A DNA stretch of 64,000 nucleotides from the NCBI GenBank assembly GCA_017499595.2, contig CM039002.1:1736001-1800000 (forward strand), read 5' to 3'. A program made the position numbers and the translations under genes. Source of the stretch: Psilocybe cubensis. Lineage: Eukaryota. Each line of letters begins with the position of its first letter. Position 1 is the stretch's first letter. This document shows positions 42,201 through 56,196 of the stretch, in pieces. The notes below the pieces were generated by a model. That model saw nothing but the letters and a program-made list of their open reading frames with translations. It was not told the origin of the DNA and did no database searches.

Positions 42201-43714
42201 GAATATCATAATTACCTAACGTCAGAGTTTGTTGCGGAACATCTAGATTGAATAATAAAAGAATTGCTGCCATCGACTTCCAGAAGTTGATGGCAGCCTG
42301 CAGCTATTGGGGTTTAGGGAGAACCGCCTTCAATAGGCTTTTTTTCTCTCCCCCATTATTATTTCAGTGTCCCCTCACCATACATTCAAAAAATTGTCTC
42401 CCCTTTCCTCAAAAAATCACAAAAAATGGCCAAAAAATTCCAAAATATTCATAATGAAGCAAGTAAGCGCCCAAATATTACTTTTTTTTCAACAAAAAAA
42501 TTAATTTAATGTGTATTATAGCGACCGCGGGTGTTGTCTACAAAAATCGTGCATGCGGCGATGAAAAAAATGTCAATAATAATAACAGTAAGTTGTTTTT
42601 TTTGTGTTACATGTGTTATTTGTCCGTTATTAATTATTTAACCGCTCTAGCTATTGATTGTTTACTCAAAAACACATTTTTTAAGGCTGTTGAAACCCTC
42701 ACGGGTGGCGCAAAACCTGTTGACAACCAATATCAATTGAACAACCATGAGTTTTCTCTTTTTTGTGTTTTTTTCTTTCTGTTTTTTATGTATTATAGTA
42801 TATTTTATTAACATCTATTTGATAGCTTCTGCCGGTGTAGTCAATTGTGCCATTGTTAATAGGTTTTGATCTGCTGTTTGCAAGGATTAGTAGATTACAA
42901 TTAGTGTTGTACCCGCAAAATTTCTTACAATGTACCAGACAATTTTTGTGATCATACTTTGAAAAAATTTGTGTTTGAGATAACATATTGAGATTGAGAT
43001 AAATGCAAGTTTTATAATTTTAAATGATTGATATTTCTATATGACTATGTTTATGTGTAACCCTTTCTGGTTTTTGAATGTCATCATATTGTAAGGCTGC
43101 ATTGTATAATTAGAGTTAATTAACAAAACCTACAATGATTAATGTAGTACACTATGATCTACAGTGTGAATTGTGATCCGGTGATGGAAGCTTCCAAAAA
43201 TTTGAAGCACCTTTATTTTACCTCTTATGGTAATTATACTTAGGAATTATTGGAAATACTTGAATAAGAAATTTGTGGCCGATGAATAAATCTATATATA
43301 CAAATAATGATTGTGGTGTAGACCTATAATTATGATAAGCCATGTAGATAATATAAACACATAGCCTTTTACAATTAATATTAGATAAAGTTAGACTATG
43401 TCTCATCCACATCTGTCATATGACTATATCTGTGCGGTTGTTTACAACTTTCATGAATATCTTAAAGATTGGCAGCATAAGGTGATAATTTATTTGTTTT
43501 TTCACATTGTTTACGTAAAGCCAAACGATGATATATTTAATTTTGAGGTAAGGTAATATGGCTGATGTCAATATTTAAGCCATTCCAAAGCATACTTAAG
43601 CTTTTCAGATCATTTATACAATGAATAATCTCTTCATTGTTGACCAGATTCTTGATAGTGTTCAAGATACAGATGTCCAACACACTAAAATGTAAAGAAT
43701 TAGATTAAAGGTTA

Positions 43715-44900
43715 TTATATACTATATAGTTTTTTGAGTATGTACCTATCCGCTTCACAAGTACAAAGAAAAGTTTCAAGCAGATCCTTGAACAAGGGTA
43801 TATCTGTGGACGTGTAATAGCCATGCAATTTGAGGTAGTATATTTGACTCCAGGCCAAATATAAACAGCCAAATATGTCTGTCACCAACAACCAGAAATT
43901 AGCTTCAACCAACTTATCTTGCTTGGGTTCATCTAAAGATGGCAATTTGAATGTCCAACAATGACTATCTCCTACGCAGCACAATCTGGCATGAAAAAGT
44001 CCACTTGTTTGTGGGTCAAAGTTCACCTTGATTTTGACAGGTTTGTCAGTAGCATTGTTATGGTAGCTGAAGCAAAGCGCATTTTTAACGTCGCTTACTC
44101 GATCCTCAAACGGATGCAACTTGGGAGTTATTGGTGTAAAAAAGGGGTAGGAGAAAGTATATCCAAGGGCATGGTATTTCATCATAATCCAAAGCAAACA
44201 CTTTGATTTAAAAGTCGGATGTAATAGAAATACTTGATGGCCAAAGGTTGCGTTAGGGTACAAGGAGTAAACTCGGTCATGAATGATAAAATTCATAAGT
44301 CCAGCTGATCCGCATCGTAAGTGTATGGATAATCAGAGGGAAAAAAGGTCCTCACTACTATGAAAAGACAATATAGCCTCCATCATGCCATACATAGTTG
44401 TGTTGAGTACGACAAAGCAACCATTCCTCCAGAAATTCAAAACCAGACCGAAACAATTGTCATGACCCAGACTTTCTTTATTGTAGTTTAGAATGTTTTT
44501 CTTTTTTTTGATGGTGGAGTATGCGGTTGGATACCCATTGTCAAAGGGAGGGACATAAATAAATTCCTTTGAAAGCAACCATTTGATTACTGGAATAGCG
44601 TGGCGGTGTTTGACGTACAAGTTAAGGTTTCCAGGAGTCCATGAAAAATCACGACTAATAAATCACAAGACTGTGGAGCCCAAAACCACAAGACCAGTCT
44701 TGTACTGCACAGTACGGAATGAAGTGTATTCATGGTATTGCAAAAATGTTCCAAGATAACATTTCACTCAGAAAGTACGCCTTGTATATAGTTGCACTCT
44801 ATTGTAGAGTTATTGACAAGACCAAGAAAAGTGGTAGAGAGTTTTCAGATCTATATTGTGCATATAGGAGTCATCCATCAAGTCTGGAAATATACTGTAT
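43715..44900 (-). pseudogene. Decayed gene of an agaricomycete family with F-box-like N-terminus and nucleotidyltransferase-like GS/DxD motif; Helitron-associated
   Basis: FRTVQYKTGLVVLGSTVL*F...GNLNLYV, EAILSFHS|..LMNFI..RVYSLYPNATF; internal stops. Confidence 0.55.
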
Positions 44901-45686
44901 GTTCTCATACTTTAATTTCCAATTAGAGAATGAAATGAATATATGCCTACTGTCTGAATGATTCCGGTAAATTGGAGCACCTGATAATTAATATTGCGAG
45001 AAGTTGAGTGACAATTGCACATAGGGGAAGAACACCATTAACAGGTTTTTATAGAATTTGAGAACTTAATGATTGCAGATCAAATTTTTGAGACAAGCAA
45101 ATTATCCGAAAATTTTTATACACTACGATCCATTCAAAATTCAAATAAGCCATTGTATATTTTGTAAACTTGTAAAATTCATTGTTTATTTAAAGGCTTT
45201 CAGTCATAATGTTGGACTAATATCTGTAAATTTTACCATATAATAAATATAGTTTAATATCCAAATGTTGCATAGGACACTGATTAGGATATTACACAAT
45301 GTATGAATTACAAACTTTAACGTTATAGCTGCATTGCTCAGGGGATTGTGGGAAGATTGCAATGTAAATTATCATAGAATGTTCCCACAGTCAAGCTTGT
45401 GATAATATTTGTTGCTAACATGTTCAACTACCATATATGGTAGCACATACTCCGTTACTCTCCAAATTATTCTCAAACTCGAACCATTATGAAACTCTTT
45501 GCGATTATTTTATGGATCCTTATATTGTGATCCTTGTATTGTCTTAAATGGCTCATTGTAAGTGTATTAGCATTTTCTTGTTTCTGGAGCGATTAAACTA
45601 ATATACAGCAGTCTTTATCTCCTTATACAACACAGACATTGCTGAAAAATGTTTTTTCTATACGAGAAAGCCCCACGTCTGTGTCT

Positions 45687-45985
45687 TTAGAATCTGTATT
45701 CTATTCTCAAGAATGTAACAACAATATTGTGCAAACAATGATGCTCCTACAACACACTGTGCAAGGTATTTGGCCTTTAACCCCCTTAGATTCTGTATAT
45801 TATGTACAAGGATGTGCCAATGACATTGTGCAAGCAATGATGCCCCTGCAATATACTATATAATACAGTGCTAAGCCTTTAACCCCCTTAAATCCTGTAT
45901 ATTATATATCAGGATGTACTGATGACATTGTGCAAACAATAATGCTTCCACAATATATTGTGCAACACGGTGTTTAGCTTATAGC
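45687..45985 (+). repeat. Three tandem ~99-102-bp repeats (33-34 codons each)
   Basis: Units start at ~45687, 45786 and 45888 and share TTAGA(A/T)TCTGTAT...GATGT...ATTGTGCAA.CAAT.ATGC. Confidence 0.8.
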
Positions 45986-47004
45986 CCACATACCTGTTTT
46001 ATTCACAGTTGATGATTTGATATTTCAGTTACCTCTATCTTTTACTGATTCTCTGCCATATCGATATAAAAAGCCATTAACAGAGAAGCTACCGTTATTG
46101 TCAAAATTTTCAAAGTGGACATTTGGGTATTATCTAAAATGGCTAGGGTTAATATTGACGATTTTGTAAATTCTTACAATGTTCATTTATATTAGATACA
46201 GCACAATATGCGCCTTCGCATAATGACAGTAATATTTTATATCAAGCTATACATGTCCCAATTTATATACCAATGTCATGACTTTGTTATCATGGTTGGT
46301 GTAGTGGGAAGTTTCTATGGTGCACTACAGATTATGAAGTCTCTTCTGCATATCACCTGCCATAATGTTTTATGTGCTATTGTAAAGTATAGAATTAAAA
46401 ATCATTATGAAATCCTCCGATGGATAGATCAACAATGTTTCCATGTTGTATCTTACATTGTCATTTTTTGTTCATGTGATCTATCTTTATTGGCCTATCT
46501 ATGCATTATCTATATCAGTTGGTGTGATATTGAATCAATTGACATAGCTATACGGTCAGAAATAGCATTTATATTGGATAAATATGGAATTTGAATACAA
46601 TAGATGCACTCTTTATATTATATTCTTACATCCATGCATTGATACCTTTTATGTTCCATATAGCCAGGAGGCGAGCAATGCATAATATTACTGCAGTGTT
46701 ACATTAATATATTTTAAGAGTACTTCTAGATGACACAGTTGATTCTATAGCTTTTGAATTGTATATTTTGTGGAATATTTCAATACAAGATGCATTATAT
46801 TTGTTGATTTTTTATTTTGACAATGTATTGCTTTTTGTAATGGAATTACCACATCCTTTATATAAGCATTTAAATGCGGAAAACGGTGGGTTAAACGCTG
46901 AAACTGAAGACATACACGCAACCAACAATAAATGGAAAGCTGACCATCAAAGCTATTCTCGTTAACATTCACTATTAATAGGAGGTGGTAGCATTCCAAA
47001 ATCA

Positions 47005-50000
47005 TTGAAAGGAAATCAAATAGCAGACTTTGTCTTACATTCTTATAACATTAATACTGAGGCAAATGAGACTTATATTTTTAAAGGATACATTAGTAAA
47101 GAGAGATTAGTAGAGTATATAGACGGCCATGATTATATTGTTACACAGGTACTGTTGAGCTTAATATGCCTGTTGATGAAACAAGAAAAACTAAAAATAT
47201 TGAGCCAACTGCACAATATTCCTTTCAATAACCACTATTTGAAAGACCAGAATGTAGCCAGATATATGAATCATTCCTGCAATGTTTGCATTCAACATTA
47301 TTCAGTGTTTGAAAAAGGAAAAACAAAGAAACAGGCCAAAGAGTATCATGCAACGGTAAAGAAAAATTGGTGAATGGAATGTAAAAATAAATTACCTAAC
47401 AAGCTATCTTCCAAGAAATGCAAAGATAAAAATTCCCATGTAAAATCTTCAGAAAATTCATTATTAAGTACCCCAAAATTTTCTCCTCCACCTGTAACTG
47501 ATGATTTGGTTTAAAAAATTATTACCGGATTCTGTAAGAACATGAATCCCAAACAATTTGAGGAAGCAGGATGTGCCATATGTGAAAAACTTGTGCCATT
47601 AAATCTTTTGCAGCCAATGCTACCTTTGGATCAACTAGACGTATTGCGAGTCTCAGGAATTTCAAGACAGGCTTGCAAATCTGTGAACAAATCTGTGAAC
47701 AATCCTATTATTAATATGCCTGGTCCTGTGCTGGCCACTGATTGTAACCAAATATGCCCCAAATGTGCAATTTACATACACAAAAAAAGACTACCTGTGG
47801 AATTATTAGCCAATGGTCTCTAGATTGGTGAAGTACCAAATAAACTAAAAGATTTAATTTTTGCGGAACAAATAATGATAGCTTGTATTCAACATAATAG
47901 ATGTTTGGTCCAAGTTTCTTCAGGTTGTGCAAAGATGATAGCGAATTGTATAATATTTGCAAATCCAACATTAAAGGTATACAATGCTCTACCTCCTAGT
48001 CAAGAAGAAATGAGTGAGGTTCTTGCATTTGTCTTTATGGGACTTACACACCCAACAAATAAAGATTTTAAAAGAATACCAATATTTGTTAGATGTAATG
48101 TTGTAGCAAAAGCTTTAGAATGGCTGAAGGTGAATCATGTTGATTACGCTGAATTGCAAATATCTTATGAAAACTTGAATATATATCCTATGACAGGTGT
48201 ACCTGTAAAAGTTGATTACAAGGTAAATAATTCTGATTCAAATAAAATACCCATTGCAATGAGTAAATTTGACAATAAAATGGAAGAAGGCACAGAATTA
48301 GATATTTGTCCTTTTACAGTACACGGATTAACCGGAAAAGAATATGATAAACTGTCTTTGCAGAATCTCAAGGTTAGAGCATTGAAGCATCTCAATAGTG
48401 GTAGTATATCGTTGGCCATTGGTCATGATGATAAGCCTCAAACTTGGTATGATAACCCCCAACTTTATTTTCAAATGTTCCCATGGTTATTCCCCTATGG
48501 AATGAGAGGTATTGGGCAAGAACATCATAAAAAATTAATATCTCATACACATCACAAACAATTATTTTTTATGTATTACGATAAACGATTCCAGCGTGAT
48601 TTATATTTTCCAATGATAGCTTTTAATGAGGAATAAATAAAAAGGGATACAACAGGAAGTTTTTTATTAGCAAAGCAAAAGAATTTTGACTTGGTGGCTA
48701 AAAGATTATTAGAGGTAAATCCAGGTATTTTAGAAGAAATTTCTTGTAGAATGGCGCAAGGCAAGCGCATAATACCTAAAACAGAATTGGAAAAATTATG
48801 CTTTAGTATATTAGATGAGCTAGAACATGTAGGTGGTAAAGTCCCTGGATTTTTAACAAACAAGAAGTATATGCATAATAAGATATAGTCTTTGGTTGCG
48901 TTTAAAGGTGCACCCTCTTGGTTTATTACCTTTTCACCTGCCAACAATAGGCACCCTCTATGCTTGTATTACACAGCTAATGATATTAAATTTTCTTTGG
49001 AGATCAAATCGGCCAAAGTAAGAGATTTGTTGGTACTATCAAACCCAGTAGCAGCTGTGCAATTTTTTGATTTTATAGTAAAAATGGTAATCAAACATAT
49101 TCTTGGTGTGGGTACCAATCATCCAGGTTTTTATAAATGTACTTCAGCTTATTATGGCACAATTGAGTAGCAAGGTCACTTGACTTTGCATTTACACATG
49201 ATGCTATGGATAGACAGAGTGTTTTGTCCCCAAGAAATTTGCAAATAATTAATCAGTAAAGATACTGAATTTCAACAAGCTTTGGTGGATTATCTGGAAT
49301 TATGCCATATAGGTCAATTTTTAAACAATACAAGAGAAGAAATTCAGAGCAAGATACCGGTTATACAAGTGACTGAAACAGGGATTCATGCAATCAAAAA
49401 ATCCATTGATAAACTTTCAAAAATTCATAAAGTGGATTTGTCAATGTATCAAAATCCAATACAAACCTTGCCAGTACCTCCTTCAGAACCATGTAAACAT
49501 CATCATAAGAAAGATAGCATAGTATATGCATTAGAAGAAGGCTGTCCAACATGTGAAGAATATAAGGAGTGGAAGAAAAATTACATTAGTACCGTAGATG
49601 ATTTTTTGTTTTGCTCAAATATATACAGTTACAGAGCCTCTACAAAACCAAGACCACATAAAAATTCATGTAAAAAGAATAATGAAGAGGAAAGCATTTC
49701 AGTTAATTCAGAAATGAAGGCAACCGTAGCTGATAGTCCAATTGGAAAAGCTGTTTGGAATGATCAAAAGGGCTGCCTTAACCAAAATAATGTTTGTATG
49801 GCCCAATTCCCTTGTAAAGTCAGAATGTAAATAACAGTAAATGATATAGATGGGCATATATATATGAAGAAACTAGAATCTATGATGAATATCTTCTCAG
49901 ATTGTTTAATATATGTAACACAATATAATACAGATGTAATGAGTTTACTATCAGGAACAAGTATAAAAGCTATCATCTCATATGTTATTGACTATGTTAC

Positions 50001-51612
50001 TAAACCAACTTTTAAGACACATCAGATTTTTTCATCTGCATATGATATATATTCTAAAAATTCTGAGTTAATTGGAGACAATATTAATGCACCGGTTGAG
50101 GCAGGTAGAAAACTTGTCCTAAAAATTGTGAATGCTTTATCATCCAAAATGGAAATTGCAGTCCTATGGCATGTTTGTATCTTTTAAATAATCCTGACCA
50201 TTACACCAGTTACAACTTTATTCTATTGTGGTAGAAAAGTTACATATCTAAAGTTAAATGAGAATGGGAAAAAAAAAACAGCAATGTAACTGAACACAAT
50301 AATAGTTATGACCTGCACAATTCTTCAGATGCTTATGATGATTTAGATTTTGAAAATAAGGTGTTAATTAGTCAAGAAAATGGTGGATACATTGGCAAGT
50401 CAAATATCAATGATTATAAAGGAAGACCCAATGTGTGTGATGGAATGTCAATTATTTATTGGATACAAACAACTAGTAAAAAAAAAAAAAGTAAAAAGGA
50501 AGAAGAAGCTTTTAAACTTGTTGCTGATAATGTACATAGTAATATCAAAACAAGTGACAACATTATTGAATGGCAAGATAAAAACAATAATCATATCAAA
50601 GTTAGTAAACAACCTTTTTTGGGGAATCATCCTGATTATAAAACACACCATGTTACCGTTGATTATTCTGGACTAGAAACCAATATACCCAATTTTGTTG
50701 GCAAATCTCTTCCTTGCTTGGACTGTGTAGATAGAAAATATTACTGCATAACAATGCTAACACTTTTCAAGCCCTGGCGTTCACCATTAGATTTGAAGAC
50801 AAAGGAACAAATATGGAATGATGTGTTTCACAAATATAATTTTGATGAAGAAAATAGAAAGACAATGGCCAATTTAAATTTGAAATATGAATGTTTAGAT
50901 GCTTGAGATGATTTTCACAGCAAATTAAAGCAAAAAATTAAGAAAACAGCTTTTGAAAATGATTATGCCGGTGATTCAGACAAAGAGGAAGACAATGATG
51001 ACTATACAACGGATAAACATTATCAGAGTAAAGATAAATACATGTTATTGAGTGAACAAGAATGTAAAAGGCTTAGACAACAGGAAAAAGCTCATAGAAT
51101 TTTACAAACCTCTGGTTGGACAGATGCTGCAAAGGAGAAGCAATCTCATAACACTGAAAAATTCATACCCTCTATTGAGAAATCAGCCACAGAATAGAAA
51201 AATACATTACAACAAACTTAGGAGAATATTATAAGAAATAAGATGCGCAATATGTATACAGCATCTGGACCAGGCAGATTAAACACTGAAGATTTAGTTC
51301 CAAACCAAGTAAAACTTGTCAATGTGTCATGGTTTTAACATAATTAATTCTACGGTAAAAGACTTTTCCTTAAATAAGGAACAAAAGAAAGCTTTTAGGT
51401 TGGTTGCAAATTATGCAGCGACAGTATATGCTGAACCCTTGAAAATGTATTTGGGAGGAATGAGAGGTATAGGCAAATCCCAAGTAATTAAGGCCATTAT
51501 ATCAATGTTCAATAAACAAAATGAATTCTATTGCTTCATTGTACTTGCTCCTACTAGAACAGCTGCTGCGTTACTCAATGGCTCAACTTATCATTCAGCT
51601 TTGGAAATTTGG
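47005..51612 (+). pseudogene. Helitron RepHel pseudogene, 3'-truncated within the PIF1 helicase
   Basis: EAGCAIC, ALEWLKVNHVDY, FPWLFPYG, YDKRFQRD, PSWFITFSPA, HUH motif E*QGHLTLHLH, YVIDYVTK, LTLFKPWRS, Walker A GGMRGIGKS, LAPT..AAALLNGSTYHSAL; many stops/frameshifts. Confidence 0.92.
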
Positions 51613-51727
51613 TAAGAAATGTTTTTTCATAAAGTATTTTTAAATAATGTTTTTTCTCATGCCTTTATGGTATATTATTTGTTCAAATTAGACACCCTAA
51701 AGGCTCTGAATATTAGGCCTATAAAGT

Positions 51728-51815
51728 GCCATCCGTCCATCAGTTCCATCAGTTAGTTCCGTTAGTTAGTTCTATTAGTCAGTTCCATCTAGCAGTTCTG
51801 TCTAACAGTCTAACT
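51728..51815. repeat. Degenerate short tandem repeat (TCAGTTCC/TTAGTT units)
   Basis: ccatcagttccatcagttagttccgttagttagttctattagtcagttccatc. Confidence 0.55.
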
Positions 51816-53029
51816 GCCCATCAAATTGCTACTTTAAACATCAAGCTTTAGGTGCGTAACTCAAACATATAATTTACTAACAAATATTTTTTTCATATTA
51901 ACTTCTTCAAAACACATTTCCAATATCCCCACATATACTTGCCTTTATTTGCACTTGAGGAAACTTGTGGAAAACACATCAAATTGATTAAAACCTTGAA
52001 TCCATCAAACAACTAGAATAATCCAATATTTGACTATCCAGTGAAATCCAGGTGAACTTAAAAATCATGTTAACAGCAAGAGCTTGAAAGCCTACACATG
52101 TACTTATCTATATAAATTTTTCAATAAAGAAATAGGCCCAAATGTCCAAACATCTCACATTGCTATCATATGCATGGCTTAGAACATATTTGTTATATGG
52201 CTCACAAGGGACCATATATACTCATCTAATTTCTAGTCCAGGATTCTGTAAATAGTTGGAGACTAGCTGGTTTTTGAGGTGGAAATTTACATGCATGCAC
52301 AAAATCATTGTGTATAGAAATCTGCCAATAGGATTAGAAAGCAACAAAGCAATAAGAAATATATCACAAACTGAAGGCTCTTTGGCAATGTTTCCCATCC
52401 CTTGGGCAGATTTATCCCAGAATGTGGGCAAGAAGAACACACAATAGCAAGTTTTTCTTATTGAGTACCTGCTACACCGCTATTGTCATGATTTCTTCCC
52501 AATTACTTCAACATTTGAAAATGTTGCCATTGTAGCACCATGCGGAATAGTGCTCAATAGCGCAACTTTGGGGGATTAATGCTGGTATTGTCTGTTGTCT
52601 TCTCTAGGCAGCAGTAGAAGTTATATGTGTAGGCTTTGGTTGTCAGTGCAAGTATGTGAAGGTGTTATAAGAGGTCAAATGTTGTACAAGTCCAAACATT
52701 TACTTGAGATATAGTAGAGGAGCATACGCAAGCATCCACAGTACTGTATAGTGACATTATGTATTTTATTTGTGTGCAACACACACATCTTTGTATGGCA
52801 AAGGATAAAATTTGTATAAAACATGCTTGCATGGTTTATCTGGATTTTGAGACTCAGTAAGTATAGGGAGGCCTTAGTGAAGTGGGTTTCTAACCATCTC
52901 TGAGAATATAGAAGTCAGCAAAACAATTTTTTTTCTTTGTTTTATATTATAGCCTCTGGAGAGTAGGCCCAATTTGCTATTGACGTTTTACTGTGTGGTA
53001 GGTGCTAGAGTTAAGGAGGTGGATCTTTT

Positions 53030-53600
53030 TTTCTATTCACAATACCAGAAGACCTGACACCAAGAACCAAAAAGAAATAAACCTATATGGCAGAGATGTT
53101 TACTGATATGCCAATCTTTGAACCTGACCAACATGGAAAGCCTCTCCCTCTCAAACTCCTCTCCGTCCTAACAAAGTGCCCTTACCTGTCCACACACATC
53201 CCGCTGTGATACTCCAGCCTTATTTTCTAGTAGTGACCAAATGCTTTTCTGTGGTGTAGCTGAATCAAAGGCATCACGAAGAGAATTGGCTGGGAGGTCA
53301 TGAATCACCACCCCAAACTATAGAGCATCTGAGTATACAACTAGAAGATTCTCTGGCTTAAAATCTGGAAAGCAGTTGCTAGTTAGGACTGCCCTGTGAA
53401 TTAGTCCAGGATGTGCTTTCAGTTTAGCAGTGATAGCATAGTTCGCTGTATGGACTATGAGCCTTCCAGATTTTGAGACATTGGCTCCAAGAACAAGATG
53501 CAGTGGATTTTGAGATATTGGTATGAGCTCGCTGTTGAGGCTGTCAACAAAGTCAAACAGTGGTCTTGTGGCTTGGAAAATCAATAAATTCTCCTAGAAG
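53030..53600 (-). pseudogene. Possible non-LTR retroelement ORF1 (gag-like) fragment
   Basis: SKSGRLIVH...*FGVVIHDLP...SMLVRFKD...GLFLFGSWCQV resembles fungal LINE ORF1 patterns; no ORF2 recognised. Confidence 0.35.
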
Positions 53601-55944
53601 GCAATAAGACAATGAAGATCGAAGTTTGTGATTGGTTATAAACTATATATAATCCAACAAACACAAACTCCAGGGAAAGAGTGGTCCAGACTGGATAGGA
53701 CAAAACCTTCTCCTAAATTTCTTAAGGGAGGACGCTGCCTAGGATGTAAGTAGATTAGGATGGTGTGGATTGTGAAGGGTAACAAAAGCGAAATAGTAAG
53801 AAGAGGATAACCGGGTCGTCTGGGTACGATAGTAAATAAGCCTTCCGAAAATGGGATGGAACCGTGGAATTGGATGGCGGGTGTATATGGAAAGCGTGAA
53901 AAAGATGCGTAGAATGCGTATGAGAAATCAATAAATGTGAATCTCAGAGGGGTGGTCGGAAGTGAGTGGGAAACGTTTTGAGGGGAAATGAGGAGATGAC
54001 TGGGAGTTGGAACGTCGTTGAAGGGCTGAATCTTGGGGATGGTGAAAGTGTCCTTAAATTGACAATCTTTCTGATGCTTAGAATGAAGCTATACGTCGCA
54101 GGAGTATTGACTAAATTGAGGATAAAAGACTAAGTCTGTCTCAAATGAAATCGCTCCAGATGAGTTGACGGAGGGAAAGGATGTCTTGAATACACTCCTA
54201 ACGGCGATGGTTGGAAGGTGTAGAAGGAGTAGGAGCGGTGACGGATTGAATGGAGGAGGGAAAGTAGGGAGTACTGGATGTCTGGATAGAAGTTGGATAT
54301 TCAACGCTGAGAAGAAGAGGCGTTGGAGGAAAAGGAGGACTAGTCTTGGATGAAATCCTCTCTTAATGGAAAGCGAGATGACTTCGGATAAATGGAAGTA
54401 AACTTGGTCTCGACAGAGGGTGGAACTGATGACTGAATTGGACTTGGGTTTGGGCTTGGCTTGAACTTGAGCTTGGAATTGAAATAAATCAATGTGGATT
54501 GACTTGAAATTGACTTGACTTGGATGAAAATTGACTTGCTTTAAAGAAAGTGGGGACTGAGTGTAACTTTCCTGTCATTTTGTATAATTCTACTACAGCT
54601 TTTATACTAAAAGCTACGTGAACAAAATACCAATCTGAGCTACTGAAAACCGAGTACAAAGTGTCAAGAATGAGGCTACGCAAGTGTAACAATAAGCAAG
54701 AACAATAAGACATGTCAATATAGACACGACAACAGATAAGAAATAAATAGGATGAGTAAGAAAGAAGTGTATGACAAAGGTGAATGGTAATACAGATTAG
54801 ATAAAAGAAGCAAGGATGAGTCAGAAAGCATAGAAGATTGGTAAGACAAAGACAATAAAAGTGCAACAGACAATAGAAAAGATATAAATAAACACAAAAG
54901 GATGAGTAAGACAAACCAAAAATAAGTTGGAATAAGTAATCCGCAGCCTGACGCTGAGTAAGACTATTGAATTGATAAAAATAGAGTTGACAGTCCGGCT
55001 GTGCAAGGCAGTGTAGAAAGCTGTGCAGTTTGATGGTTGACTGATCCGTTGCATAGCCTTGATGATCCAACAAAGTGACATAATCTGGAATAACGTGGCT
55101 CCCATGTAACGAGTATTGATAAGATAAGATGAGTGGATGACTTATGGAAAGAATGACTGCTTGGGTTAAGGGTGTCGTGTGTAAATCCAAAATAAACATC
55201 TCATCTCCAATCAGGATTGGGGTATGATAACTATTAGCAGTAGGCTGACAGCAAGTATTGCAAGTAGTGGTAGAGGGCCAGGTTTTGACATTTTGACCTC
55301 TGGCAATTGGTGGTATTCTCAGTAGTGACAAAGTGGCCTTCAGTGAAGACCTGGTGGCGTCTGCATAGGATCTGGCTGGTGTTTTCTTTGCAGTTTCATG
55401 AGGGGGCATTGTTTGACTTGTTTGGATTCTCCAGAGAATAGAATCGAGTAGAATAATATGGTAGCATGCTTTGTTTGGTCACTAAGTGTGACGTTGTCAT
55501 AGAAAATGCTCTAAATAATCACAACTATTGCCAGAACCAAGTCCAGCAAAGCCTTGAGACGAGCAACTTATTCAACAACAATATCCGGGTAGGAGACTGA
55601 CAGTGGCAGCGTAGATTGACAGTGTGAGTTGTCTAGTGGGGCATTCAAGGGGCCCAGAGCAGTGAATAAAGTGTCAGAGGATGGCTGTGGGTCTTCTCCA
55701 CAGATGCGTTTGTTTGTGTCCTGCCTTTTTTAATAAGATGTTTCGTGTGAGGTGACTTTTTTGTCTGTGCAGGCTTCAAGTCTTCGCTCTTAGAGGGTGT
55801 TGGGGTGCTCTCTAATGAGCATTGGAACCGTGTACCCAGCACGGGAGTCAATGCGCTGGCACTCTGGCCAGGTAGATCATGGTGGTTAGAGCGTGAGAAC
55901 ATTCCCAGCAAAACAATATTTAGCAGACAGTGCTGGGTGCTCAC

Positions 55945-56190
55945 CTGAATGATATAGAATGACTGCAAGTGGTGTTGCCTCACGCAATAATCATCACAGG
56001 TAAGATCTAGAAGAAAACACTTACTGTAATAATATTCAGGAGTGTCTATAGTCTGAGCTTTATGGAAGATATAGTCAGGACACTGCATTAATATTTGAAA
56101 GTCTGCTCTTCGTCTAACAAACAACCTTGTCCAGATATGTCTGTCAACTAATTTCTTTCCACACCACATGAGGCCTTTTCTAACTTTAAG
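55945..56190 (-). pseudogene. CxC2-like cysteine-cluster fragment (KDZ transposase N-terminus)
   Basis: QCPDY...PEYYYSKCFLLDLTCDDYCVRQHHLQSFYIIQ fits a mutated YRCxxCF..L.C..CC...H...PFH.IQ pattern; followed by a GTGAGC donor. Confidence 0.5.
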
Positions 56191-56196
56191 TATATA

